Source of the DNA: an uncultured Spirochaetales bacterium
Lineage (GTDB): Bacteria > Spirochaetota > Spirochaetia > Sphaerochaetales > Sphaerochaetaceae
DNA length: 64,000 nt
Assembly (NCBI GenBank): GCA_949285905.1
Contig: CASDZV010000063.1
Span: 5,050 to 69,049, forward strand
Direction: 5' to 3'
The notes under the pieces are model-generated. The model saw nothing but the letters and a program-made list of their open reading frames with translations. It was not told where the DNA came from and made no database searches. A program made the translations under genes and the position numbers. Positions 55,304 to 64,000 of this stretch are shown piece after piece; within the stretch, counting starts at the first letter, position 1; each line of letters begins with the position of its first letter.

Positions 55304-56329
55304 ATGAAGAAGCTTCTCGTGCTCGCTCTTGTTCTCATCCTTCCTTTTATGGCTTTCGCCAGCGGAAGCAGTGAGACTGCGGATGATGATACATTCCGTA
55401 TCGCATTGATTATTGAGAACACTATTGATGACAAGGGCTGGTGCCAGTCAATGCATGATGGCATTACTCAGGCTATTGCTGAGATGAGCGATAAGAACAT
55501 CGAATACTCTTATGCAGAGAAGATGCTCCCGGTCGATGCCGGTTCTATCGCACGCCAGTATGTTGCTCAGGGCTATGACCTCATCATCGCTCATGGTGCA
55601 CAGTATAAGAACTTTGTGCTTGAGATGGCTGAAGAGTATCCAGATGTATCGTTTGCTTTCGGAACTTCATCAGAGATCGGACCTGAGAATGTCTTTACAT
55701 ACATGCCAGAGTCTGAGGAGACAGGTTTCATCAACGGTATCATCGCTGGAACAGACACTACAGCTAATATCATCGGTCTTGTAGGTCCAGTCGACTCTGG
55801 TGACTCTGCCCGCTACAATCGTGGTTTCGTGCTTGGTGTCCAGTCAGTGAATCCGGATGCAAAGATTCTTGTTGCACACACAGGATCATTCTCTGATTAC
55901 GTCAAGTCATCTGAGGTTGCCACATCACAGCTTGGAAATGGAGCAGATATCCTCACAGGATCTTCCCAGCAGGCTATTGGAGCTCTCCGCGCAACAGCAG
56001 AATCTCCGACCGCGATGTGGGTAGGCCAGGACCTTGCCCAGCTGACAACAGAGGAAGGAAAGGCAAAGTGTATCGCAGCTTCTGCATACAACTATGCAGC
56101 TGTCGTGAAGGAACTTGTCGAGAAAGTATCATCCGGAGTCAAGGGTGGTGAGTGTATCCCGATGAATTTCGCAAATGGCGGTTTCTTGTTTGATTACAAC
56201 CCGGACCTCAAGGCTGACTGGGTATCTGCAGATCTGGAAGCGAAGATCAATGAGACAATCGCATCATTCCAGGCTGATCCAGATGGAACACTTGCTGACT
56301 GGGCTGCTGTGGATTACTCCACACTTTGA
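55304..56329 (+). CDS. BMP-family (PnrA-like) ABC substrate-binding lipoprotein
   Basis: The signal sequence is MKKLLVLALVLILPFMAFASGSS. The motifs FRIALIIENTIDDKGW and GFINGIIAG are present. The gene is followed by a duplicated-ATPase gene and two permease genes, the typical nucleoside-type operon. Confidence 0.8.
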   Translation: MKKLLVLALVLILPFMAFASGSSETADDDTFRIALIIENTIDDKGWCQSMHDGITQAIAEMSDKNIEYSYAEKMLPVDAGSIARQYVAQGYDLIIAHGAQYKNFVLEMAEEYPDVSFAFGTSSEIGPENVFTYMPESEETGFINGIIAGTDTTANIIGLVGPVDSGDSARYNRGFVLGVQSVNPDAKILVAHTGSFSDYVKSSEVATSQLGNGADILTGSSQQAIGALRATAESPTAMWVGQDLAQLTTEEGKAKCIAASAYNYAAVVKELVEKVSSGVKGGECIPMNFANGGFLFDYNPDLKADWVSADLEAKINETIASFQADPDGTLADWAAVDYSTL

Positions 56330-56378
56330 TTCACGATCATAAAGGCAGGGCTTCGGCCCTGCTTTGTCAATTATAACT

Positions 56379-57893
56379 ATGGACAACAGAATAAAATCAC
56401 TGAAGATGGAGCACATCACCAAGCGTTTTCCAGGTGTGCTCGCCTCCGATGATATCTCAATAAGCGTAGGAGAGGGGGAAGTTCTAGCACTCGTTGGTGA
56501 GAACGGTGCTGGAAAGACTACGCTTATGAATATCCTGATGGGTCTTTATCAGCCGGATGAAGGCCAGATTCTCATAAATGATAAGCCTGTCCATTTCCGC
56601 GGACCTGAGGATGCATTCCGTGCAGGGCTGGGAATGGTGCACCAGACATATATGCTGGTTTCAAATCTGACGGTGACTGAGAATGTCGCTCTGGGGTACA
56701 GAAATGCCGGGGAGAAGCGTTTCAATCTCAAGGCTGTCCGCAGCCGCATTGAGGAAATCTCATCGCGCTATGGTCTTGCTGTAAACCCTGATGCATATAT
56801 ATGGCAGCTCTCTGTCGGTGAGCAGCAGAAGGTCGAGCTTGTTAAGACACTCTGCCTGGGTGCTAAGTTCCTTATACTTGATGAGCCTACATCAGCACTC
56901 ACACCGCAGGAGGTTGATGAACTGATTGTCCTTCTGCACAAGATGGCGAAGGAACTTTCGATTATCTTTATCTCGCACAAGCTTCAGGAAGTGAAGGCTC
57001 TCTCGAATAAAGTCACGATTCTTCGCCATGGCAAGGTTGTCTTCTCTGGAAACACTGATGACTACTCATCGCAGGAAATTGCAGCCAAGATGACAGGACA
57101 TGAGATAGTCCTTCCTCTCAACTGTGGAGAAGCAAAGACAGGTGAGCCTGTTCTTAAACTCGATAACATAACTGTTCTGTCAGACTGGAAGAATCCAGTG
57201 CTGAACAATCTCTCGCTTGAGATAAAAGCCGGAGAGATTGTAGGTCTTGCCGGTGTGTCTGGAAATGGGCAGAGAGAACTTGCTGAAGCTGTGAATGGGC
57301 TGAGGAAGACAGTAAGCGGTAAAATCACGCTGCTTGGCAAGGATATAACGAACAAGACACCTCGTGAGATTATCGATGCAGGTATGGGCTATATACCTGA
57401 AGAACGCAATACAGAAGGAATTGTCCCTCCTTTCTCCATCAAGGAGAATTTCGTTCTCAAGGATATCTCGTCACCGCTTTTCTCATCGCACGCATTCATA
57501 AACGGCAAGAAGGTTGACAGTGCTGCTGAGAAACTGGTCAAGCGTTTTGATGTGCGCTGTCCTGGAATTGAGACTGCTGCAGGGTCTCTCTCGGGTGGAA
57601 ACATCCAGAAGGTCATCCTGGCACGTGAGATTGAGAGAAAGCCTAAGTTCCTTGTCGCTGTCTATCCGACGCGAGGTCTCGACATGGGCGCTGTTGAATT
57701 CATCCATTCGGAGCTTCTTAAGATACGTGAGAGTGGAATAGGTATACTCCTTATCTCAGAAGAGCTTGATGAGATCATCAATCTTTCAGACCGCATCGCA
57801 GTCATCTACAAAGGCTCGATACAGAAGGTTCTGGAAAAGAAAGAAGCAACCAGGGAGCGTCTTGGTATTCTCATGGCAGGAGTAAAAGAATGA
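56379..57893 (+). CDS. ABC transporter ATP-binding protein with two fused ATPase domains
   Basis: GENGAGKTT, LSVGEQQKVE and ILDEPTS are present, then a second domain with GVSGNGQREL and LSGGNIQK. The start is uncertain (TTG 56364, ATG 56379 or ATG 56406). Confidence 0.85.
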   Translation: MDNRIKSLKMEHITKRFPGVLASDDISISVGEGEVLALVGENGAGKTTLMNILMGLYQPDEGQILINDKPVHFRGPEDAFRAGLGMVHQTYMLVSNLTVTENVALGYRNAGEKRFNLKAVRSRIEEISSRYGLAVNPDAYIWQLSVGEQQKVELVKTLCLGAKFLILDEPTSALTPQEVDELIVLLHKMAKELSIIFISHKLQEVKALSNKVTILRHGKVVFSGNTDDYSSQEIAAKMTGHEIVLPLNCGEAKTGEPVLKLDNITVLSDWKNPVLNNLSLEIKAGEIVGLAGVSGNGQRELAEAVNGLRKTVSGKITLLGKDITNKTPREIIDAGMGYIPEERNTEGIVPPFSIKENFVLKDISSPLFSSHAFINGKKVDSAAEKLVKRFDVRCPGIETAAGSLSGGNIQKVILAREIERKPKFLVAVYPTRGLDMGAVEFIHSELLKIRESGIGILLISEELDEIINLSDRIAVIYKGSIQKVLEKKEATRERLGILMAGVKE

Positions 57894-58975
57894 CAAAGGG
57901 TTTCCGTATTGCTTTCAAAGTCTCGATTATCGCAATTGCGGCCATTGCTGCAATATTGATGGCCTCTGTAATACTCTGGGTAATCGGAGCAAATGTCACT
58001 GACACGTTCTATACAATCGTATTTGAGCCTCTTACAAATATGCTGCATATCTCCGAGGTCCTGATCAGAGCTATTCCGCTCTGCATCATCGCACTCGGTA
58101 TCTCTGTAGCTTATCGTTCCGGGATTATAAATATCGGAGCAGAGGGCCAGATGGCGATGGGGCTCATCGCGTTTACTGGTGTGGCGCTTGCTTTCCCCGA
58201 TGTGCCACGTCCGTTGCTTCTACCCCTGGCGCTTATTGCTGCAATGATCGGTGGTGGTGTCTGGGGATTTATTCCCGGCATCCTCAAGGCAAAGCTCAAT
58301 GTATCAGAGCTTCTGTCGACTGTCATGCTTAATTACATCGCGGCTCAGTTCTATTCACTCTGTCTCAGGACTATCTACCTCGACCCGGCTGAGCAGGTCT
58401 ATGGCACAGGTACTCCGCAGTCGATGCGTCTTACAGAGAATGTATGGTTCGGCCGTATTACAGGACGCTTGCACTATGGCATCATCATTGCGATTGTCCT
58501 TGCAGTTCTCATCTACATTCTGATGTGGAAGACGACCATGGGCTTCAAAATGAGAGCTGCTGGGTCTGGCGCTAGAGCTGCCAGATATGGCGGTATAAGC
58601 GTAGGGCTTTGTCTTGCAGCTTCCATGGCCATCTCAGGCGCTTTCGCAGGTCTTGCAGGAGGTGTTGAGATTGCTGGTGTGCATCGCCGTGCAATTGAAG
58701 GTATTACCAATAACTACGGCTTCTCTGGTGTTGTCGTGGCACTCTTCGGTGGATTACACCCGTTTGGTATCATACCGGCATCGTTTCTGTTCGGTCTTTT
58801 GATTTACGGATCAACACTTGCGCCTACGATGGTCGGCGTACCTGCAAACATCGTGCAGGTCATGCAGGGTATTATCATTATCGTAATTGTCACGGCACAG
58901 ATGGTGCTCTCTAACGCATATTTTCAGGACAGGGTCTGGAGGAGATACCAGGCACTGAGAAAGAAGGAGGCCTGA
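57890..58975 (+). CDS. ABC transporter permease (BMP/nucleoside-type)
   Basis: 361 aa polytopic protein. ATGA overlap with the ATPase gene. Confidence 0.8.
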   Translation: MTKGFRIAFKVSIIAIAAIAAILMASVILWVIGANVTDTFYTIVFEPLTNMLHISEVLIRAIPLCIIALGISVAYRSGIINIGAEGQMAMGLIAFTGVALAFPDVPRPLLLPLALIAAMIGGGVWGFIPGILKAKLNVSELLSTVMLNYIAAQFYSLCLRTIYLDPAEQVYGTGTPQSMRLTENVWFGRITGRLHYGIIIAIVLAVLIYILMWKTTMGFKMRAAGSGARAARYGGISVGLCLAASMAISGAFAGLAGGVEIAGVHRRAIEGITNNYGFSGVVVALFGGLHPFGIIPASFLFGLLIYGSTLAPTMVGVPANIVQVMQGIIIIVIVTAQMVLSNAYFQDRVWRRYQALRKKEA

Positions 58976-58976
58976 G

Positions 58977-59924
58977 ATGGTTGCTGTTATCACAAATATG
59001 CTTTCAATGTGTATTCCGTTCTCTGTAGCGCTCCTTCTTGCATCAATCGGGGAGATGTTCAATCAGAGAGCAGGTGTATTCAACCTCGGCTGCGAAGGTG
59101 TGATGGCAATGGGCGCTTTTGTCGGAATGCTCATACCTTACATGGCAGGTGGCGGCGGATCTGTATCAGAGTGGTACAATGTTCTAGGCTTTGTTGCGGC
59201 AGCTGTCCTCGGAGCACTTCTCGGCCTTGCATTCGGTGTCATAACTGTGACATTCCGTGCCCCGCAGGGTATTGCAGGAATCGGTCTGCAGATGTTTGGT
59301 GTTGGAACTGCTGGAACGCTCTTCAGACACTTCGTCGGAGGTACACAGTCCATTCCGGGCATTCCTGATTTCGATATCCCGCTGCTTTCAAAGATACCGT
59401 TCTTCGGAGAAGTCTTCTTCTCCCATAACGTGATGGCATATCTTGCATACATTCTTGTTCCTGTAGCTTGGTATGTACTCTTCAAGACTTTCTGGGGGCT
59501 CAAGGTAAGGGCAGTGGGAACAAACCCGAGAGCTGCGGATTCGATGGGCATCAATGTCAGCCGTACCCGTTATGAAGCTCTTGCGCTAGGAGGTGCACTT
59601 GCAGGTCTTGCTGGTGCATACCTCTCAATCGCTCAGGCAAAGATGTTCTCCGATTCTCTCATCTCTGGCCGAGGCTTCATCGCTGTCGCGCTTGTTTACT
59701 TCGGACACTGGCATCCTGTGCAGATTATGGGAGGCGCACTTTTATTCACACTGGCCCAGACATTCCAGACAATCGTGCAGAGCATGGGAATATCATTCCC
59801 ATATGAGCTTGCTGTTATGCTTCCATATGTGCTTGTTGTAGTAGTTCTTTCGTTCACTTCACGCAATCAGACTACAGCTCCCACCGCACTTGGAAAGCCT
59901 TTCAACAGGGAAATCAGGACCTGA
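58977..59924 (+). CDS. ABC transporter permease (BMP/nucleoside-type)
   Basis: 315 aa polytopic protein, immediately downstream of the first permease. Confidence 0.8.
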   Translation: MVAVITNMLSMCIPFSVALLLASIGEMFNQRAGVFNLGCEGVMAMGAFVGMLIPYMAGGGGSVSEWYNVLGFVAAAVLGALLGLAFGVITVTFRAPQGIAGIGLQMFGVGTAGTLFRHFVGGTQSIPGIPDFDIPLLSKIPFFGEVFFSHNVMAYLAYILVPVAWYVLFKTFWGLKVRAVGTNPRAADSMGINVSRTRYEALALGGALAGLAGAYLSIAQAKMFSDSLISGRGFIAVALVYFGHWHPVQIMGGALLFTLAQTFQTIVQSMGISFPYELAVMLPYVLVVVVLSFTSRNQTTAPTALGKPFNREIRT

Positions 59925-59930
59925 CAATAT

Positions 59931-59960
59931 GCAGGCTGCTCTTTGTCGGCAGCCTGCTTT
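59931..59960 (+). terminator. rho-independent terminator
   Basis: gcaggctgc / gcagcctgc 9 bp stem followed by ttta. Confidence 0.65.
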
Positions 59961-60055
59961 ATGCAGATCTATGCCTATTTTTGATATTGTTTGATAGATA
60001 TTTCATAGATTTCCAATGAATGGCTTTCTAGGAAAAAATCTGGTAATATTATTTT

Positions 60056-61315
60056 ATGAAGTTATATCTGAAAAATATTGGTAAGATTGAGAACTGTGAA
60101 ATAGAAATCAATGGCATTTCCATTATTGCAGGTGTAAACAACACTGGTAAAAGTACGGTCGGACGTTCCCTTTTTGCCATATTCAATGGTTTTCATGCTA
60201 TTCAAAATCAGATTATAGAAGAACGAATATCTAGCATAGAGAATATTCTTGATAGGTTGGCATTCAGGGGCAGAATTTCTGATATACATCGTATGCATAA
60301 TCTTGCCCAATCTATCATTCAGGAAAATATAAATGACGCAGAATTGCTTAAACAAAATATTCTTGATTACTTTGCAGAGTATGAAAAGACTGTGGATGAT
60401 TTAATTGAGGAAGATCTGCTGAACAAAACTATATTAAGAATTAAAGAAGTTCTTGGTATTGACGACAGCACGCTGCTTAAGACTATTTTGTCAAAGCGAC
60501 TGAATGGCGAATTCAATGGACAGATTTCAAATATCTTCAATGATAATGGGAGTGAAATATCTCTTGAGATAGCTCATGAACGAATCACAACATTTATTTC
60601 TGACAATAAAGTTTTTGATGTGTACAATCCCAGTAATATTTCTCTTCACACAGAAGCAATTTACATCGATGATCCGTTTGTTCTGGATGAATCAGCAGGG
60701 GAAGGATTCTATTATCGAATGTTTACAATGCATGATCATAGGAATGTTCTTCGACAGAAATTAGTGGAAAGTCTCCGGAGTGGGAATATAGTTGATGAAA
60801 TTATCGCTGAAAATAAGTTGGACAGTATTTATCAGAAAATTTCACAAGCATGTGATGGGGATATTGTACGCAACAAAATCGGCATTGGATATAGAAAGCG
60901 GAATGACGATAAAACACTGTATATCCGCAATCTTTCCACTGGAATGAAAACCTTTGCGATTTTAAAGACTCTTCTGATTAATGGAATTGTTGAGGAGAAT
61001 GGAACGATTATCCTTGATGAACCAGAGATTCACTTGCATCCAGAATGGCAGCTACTGTTTGCAGAGCTTATTGTATTGCTTTGCAAAGAATTTGGATTGC
61101 ACATATTGATGAATACACATAGTCCGTATTTCCTGCGAGCAATTCAGGTATATTCAGGAGTCTATTCAGTTGCAGACAAATGCCGATATTATCTTTCAGA
61201 AGCAGATAGTGGAAAAGCCATTATATCTGATGTAACTGGCGATATTGAAAGAATATACGCAAAGCTTTCTGCTCCTCTTCAGCATCTGGAAGACGTGAGG
61301 TGGCATGATGATTAA
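60056..61315 (+). CDS. ABC/SMC-like AAA ATPase (AAA_15/AAA_21-type)
   Basis: Walker A is IIAGVNNTGKSTVG, Walker B is IILDEPEIHLHPEWQ and the H-loop is LMNTHSPYFL, with a ~270 aa helical insertion between them. Confidence 0.8.
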   Translation: MKLYLKNIGKIENCEIEINGISIIAGVNNTGKSTVGRSLFAIFNGFHAIQNQIIEERISSIENILDRLAFRGRISDIHRMHNLAQSIIQENINDAELLKQNILDYFAEYEKTVDDLIEEDLLNKTILRIKEVLGIDDSTLLKTILSKRLNGEFNGQISNIFNDNGSEISLEIAHERITTFISDNKVFDVYNPSNISLHTEAIYIDDPFVLDESAGEGFYYRMFTMHDHRNVLRQKLVESLRSGNIVDEIIAENKLDSIYQKISQACDGDIVRNKIGIGYRKRNDDKTLYIRNLSTGMKTFAILKTLLINGIVEENGTIILDEPEIHLHPEWQLLFAELIVLLCKEFGLHILMNTHSPYFLRAIQVYSGVYSVADKCRYYLSEADSGKAIISDVTGDIERIYAKLSAPLQHLEDVRWHDD

Positions 61316-61913
61316 CCTTTGTGATTTTCCTTTATTCCTTCGCCACATGACAACACTGGAAGAATCGTCGATAGATTCAAGCAGTGGTACTCGTATTCCT
61401 ATGATAGTTTCACTTTTTCCTGCAGTGAACTTTGATGAAGTGAAGGATGAATATAGTGCAATACACCATATCCCGCAAAAACCAAAATCAAATGATGCTT
61501 TAATGGAGGATGGTCGAGGGAATTTGGTATTTGTGGAATTCAAGAACTGCAAGATTGATAAGCCTCTGCAATATGAATTGCGTAAAAAGATATATGACAG
61601 TCTCCTTATTTTCTCAGATATCACATCAGAAACATTGTCTTATACGCGGACTGCCTTGAAGTATTGTTTAGTCTATAATGAAACGGAAAACTACAACAAT
61701 CTGACAGATGATGAATTAATTGAAAAGAATAAAGCTGTTCAGAATTCTTTTTCCTATGACAAGATTGCAAAGACATTCCTTGATTTTGCAAATAAGGAAT
61801 ATATCTGCTTTGGTTTAAAAATGTTTGGAGGTTATTGTTTCAAAGAGGTTCATACATATACGGAATCTGAATTTACAGCCTATATCTCATCATTGGAAAA
61901 CAAAAGGCTCTGA
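61305..61913 (+). CDS. hypothetical protein, possible PD-(D/E)xK nuclease fold
   Basis: 202 aa, overlapping the ATPase gene by 11 nt. SNDALMEDGRGNLVFVEFKNCK gives a D...(E)xK spacing (D64/D69, E78, K80). No other motif is recognised. Confidence 0.55.
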   Translation: MMINLCDFPLFLRHMTTLEESSIDSSSGTRIPMIVSLFPAVNFDEVKDEYSAIHHIPQKPKSNDALMEDGRGNLVFVEFKNCKIDKPLQYELRKKIYDSLLIFSDITSETLSYTRTALKYCLVYNETENYNNLTDDELIEKNKAVQNSFSYDKIAKTFLDFANKEYICFGLKMFGGYCFKEVHTYTESEFTAYISSLENKRL

Positions 61914-61971
61914 TTAACCGGCTTTTCATCTTCCTCTGTCAATTTTTCTTCAGACGTCCTAATATGAATGC

Positions 61972-63141
61972 ATGGCGAAGAAGCGTAACTGTCCTTTGGA
62001 AGGGCGTTGTGGTGGTTGTGATTACATTGGCATGAAGTATTCTGATGAGCTTCTGGAGAAGTTCCTTGTTGAGGAACAGTTCCTGTCAAGATTCTGTACA
62101 GTTTCCCCGATACTTCCATCTCCGGAGATTCTCGGATACAGATGCAAGATACAGGCGGTATGCGGCAGTGATAACGGAAAGCTTGTAACAGGAATTTACC
62201 GCAAAGGATCTCACAAACTCATTCCAGTGCGTTCTTGTCCGTTGGAAGATGAAAGAGCTGCCCCGATACTTTCCACAATCCGCACACTCTCTGCGCGCTA
62301 TCATATACAGCCTTATGACGAGGACAGAGGAACAGGACACCTCAGGCATGTTCTTATCAGGGCATCCTCATACTATGATGAGGTTCTAGTAGTGCTTGTC
62401 GCATCATCATTTGATCTTCCATCAGCATCAGATCTAGCAGCGGCACTGCACCAGAAGCATCCTGAAGTGAAGTCTGTCTCCATCATCGTCAACACTGATA
62501 AAACCAGCATGGTCATTCCAGAGAATGCGAGAGAGAAAGTAATTTACGGCAAAGGTTATATAATGGACCGTCTCCTTTCTCTTGATTTCCGTATCTCTGC
62601 CACTTCTTTCTATCAAGTGAATCCAAGACAGGCGGCAAACCTCTATACAATAGCAATGAATATGGCTTCCATAGTCCCCTCTGATACAATTATTGATGCA
62701 TACTGCGGCACCGGAACAATAGCGCTAATTGCTGCTGCAGAAGGCGCGAGACGTGTGATCGGTGTGGAAGCAAATCCCAAAGCTGTTTCCGATGCGAGGG
62801 AGAATGCAAGCCTTAACGGAATTGATAACGCTGAGTTCGTCGTCTCTGATGCTGCGAAGTGGATGAAGGAGAAAGCTAAAGAGGGAATGAAAGCTTCCAT
62901 TGTATTCCTGGATCCTCCACGTTCCGGTGCAACAGAGGAATTCCTTGCAGCATTGGGACGGATGGAACCGGAGCGCATCGTATATGTCTCGTGCAATCCA
63001 GAAACACTGGGACGGGATCTGCGATATATCTATCATTTCCTGCCGTACAGGGCTACTGGTATCCAGCCTGTTGACCTCTTCCCCGGGTCCAGCCATATCG
63101 AGACTGCCGTACTTCTTGAGCATAAGAGGACAAGACAGTAG
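61972..63141 (+). CDS. TrmA/RumA-family 23S rRNA (uracil-5)-methyltransferase-like enzyme
   Basis: The Fe-S Cys cluster is CPLEGRCGGCDY...C. SAM motif I is DAYCGTGTIAL and the catalytic motif is YVSCNPETLGRD. Confidence 0.8.
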   Translation: MAKKRNCPLEGRCGGCDYIGMKYSDELLEKFLVEEQFLSRFCTVSPILPSPEILGYRCKIQAVCGSDNGKLVTGIYRKGSHKLIPVRSCPLEDERAAPILSTIRTLSARYHIQPYDEDRGTGHLRHVLIRASSYYDEVLVVLVASSFDLPSASDLAAALHQKHPEVKSVSIIVNTDKTSMVIPENAREKVIYGKGYIMDRLLSLDFRISATSFYQVNPRQAANLYTIAMNMASIVPSDTIIDAYCGTGTIALIAAAEGARRVIGVEANPKAVSDARENASLNGIDNAEFVVSDAAKWMKEKAKEGMKASIVFLDPPRSGATEEFLAALGRMEPERIVYVSCNPETLGRDLRYIYHFLPYRATGIQPVDLFPGSSHIETAVLLEHKRTRQ

Positions 63142-63176
63142 AAAAATACAGAGAATGTGTGTATTCTCGCTCTGTC

Positions 63177-64000
63177 ATGAAGCCTCTGTCCTATGAAAGT
63201 ACTGTAAGATCCTGCTTTGTCGCATATATCGTGCAGGCGATTGTCAATAATTTTGCGCCACTGCTGTTTGTGACATTCAGCGAAAGCTTTGGTATCGACA
63301 TGGGGAGAATTACGCTCCTCATCACATTCAATTTTGTCTTGCAGCTCTGTGTTGATCTTCTGTCGACGCTCTTCGTTGATAGAATAGGGTACAGAGTGAG
63401 CATGATACTTGCGCACTTCCTGTCCGCGCTGGGGCTTCTGCTGATGGCTGTACTTCCGTTCACGATGGAAAACAGTTTCGTAGCTCTTCTTATCGCAATA
63501 GCTGTTTATGCAGTAGGAGGGGGACTTCTTGAAGTCATCGTCAGCCCTGTCGTGGAAGCCTGTCCGACGAAGAACAAGGCAAGAGAGATGAGTCTGCTGC
63601 ATTCATTCTATTGCTGGGGATTTGTTGCTGTAATTCTCATTTCTACGCTATTTTTCCATCTCTTCGGTATATCTTCGTGGCGTGTAATGGCTCTTCTCTG
63701 GATGACTGTGCCACTTGTGAATATGGTTGCATTCTTCTTTGTCCCGATTTTCCCGGTCTTGCCGGAAGGGGAGAAGGGAATGAGTGCAAAAGGACTTTTC
63801 TCATCTGGGACATTCTGGATTCTCCTTCTGATGATGCTATCATCTGGTGCCGCAGAGCAGGCTGTTGGACAATGGGCTTCTGCATTTGCGGAGAAAGGAC
63901 TTGGAGTGGGGAAGACAATCGGAGATCTTGCAGGTCCTTGTCTTTTTGCATTCATGCAAGGCATGCAAGGTTCGGCTACGGAAAGATCGGAGACAGGATT
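63177..64000 (+). CDS. MFS transporter, partial (runs off the window end; possible frame problem near 63965)
   Basis: Manual translation from the ATG at 63177 gives MKPLSYESTVRSCFVAYIVQAIVNNFAPLLFVTF...VYAVGGGLLEVIVSPVVEACP..., hydrophobic helices typical of MFS. It is absent from the ORF track because it has no stop in the window. Confidence 0.65.
   Translation, partial: MKPLSYESTVRSCFVAYIVQAIVNNFAPLLFVTFSESFGIDMGRITLLITFNFVLQLCVDLLSTLFVDRIGYRVSMILAHFLSALGLLLMAVLPFTMENSFVALLIAIAVYAVGGGLLEVIVSPVVEACPTKNKAREMSLLHSFYCWGFVAVILISTLFFHLFGISSWRVMALLWMTVPLVNMVAFFFVPIFPVLPEGEKGMSAKGLFSSGTFWILLLMMLSSGAAEQAVGQWASAFAEKGLGVGKTIGDLAGPCLFAFMQGMQGSATERSETG

Noticed and set aside
63033-63964. Minus-strand ORFs 63033-63602 and 63608-63964
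   Set aside because: They are antisense to the hydrophobic MFS reading frame, which translates into convincing TM helices. Part of the first also overlaps the methyltransferase 3' end.
1-64000. CRISPR arrays, rRNA genes, integrases, reverse transcriptases (retron/DGR/group II intron)
   Set aside because: I looked for regularly spaced direct repeats and for the characteristic protein motifs in the ORF track and found none. The only repeats seen are those reported above.

Overview
This is a 64 kb bacterial chromosomal segment. All calls come from reading the supplied ORF translations and the raw sequence, with no database search. The taxon cannot be established; the content suggests a saccharolytic anaerobe. 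The backbone is housekeeping and carbohydrate metabolism. It holds a tsaE fragment, a TPR protein, an ABC-F ATPase, a COG2509-type flavoprotein, azlCD, tRNA-Val(CAC), a sugar ABC importer with a YesM/YesN-type two-component system, a fucI-fucK-fucA-fucU operon, three more AraC regulators, a second sugar ABC importer with DUF2264/unknown/GH88 genes, SufS/SufE-like genes, a BMP-family nucleoside-type ABC importer, a RumA/RlmD-like methyltransferase and a partial MFS gene. Accessory material is interspersed. A TnpB-only IS200/IS605-family element sits inside one of two paralogous DUF234-type ATPase genes. There is an IS110-family element with a candidate upstream bridge-RNA region. There are two AbrB-PIN toxin-antitoxin pairs, one bracketed by a duplicated 3' end of the response-regulator gene. 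An AT-rich island (about 22.1-30.3 kb) carries a giant Ig-like lipoprotein, an FRG-domain protein and an ABC-like ATPase followed by ORFs with an RN..AH HEPN-type motif. The most interesting candidates for an undescribed system are that ATPase/HEPN-like cassette (28.1-30.1 kb) and a second AT-rich two-gene islet at 60.06-61.91 kb (ABC-like ATPase plus a possible PD-(D/E)xK protein). No CRISPR array or rRNA gene was seen.
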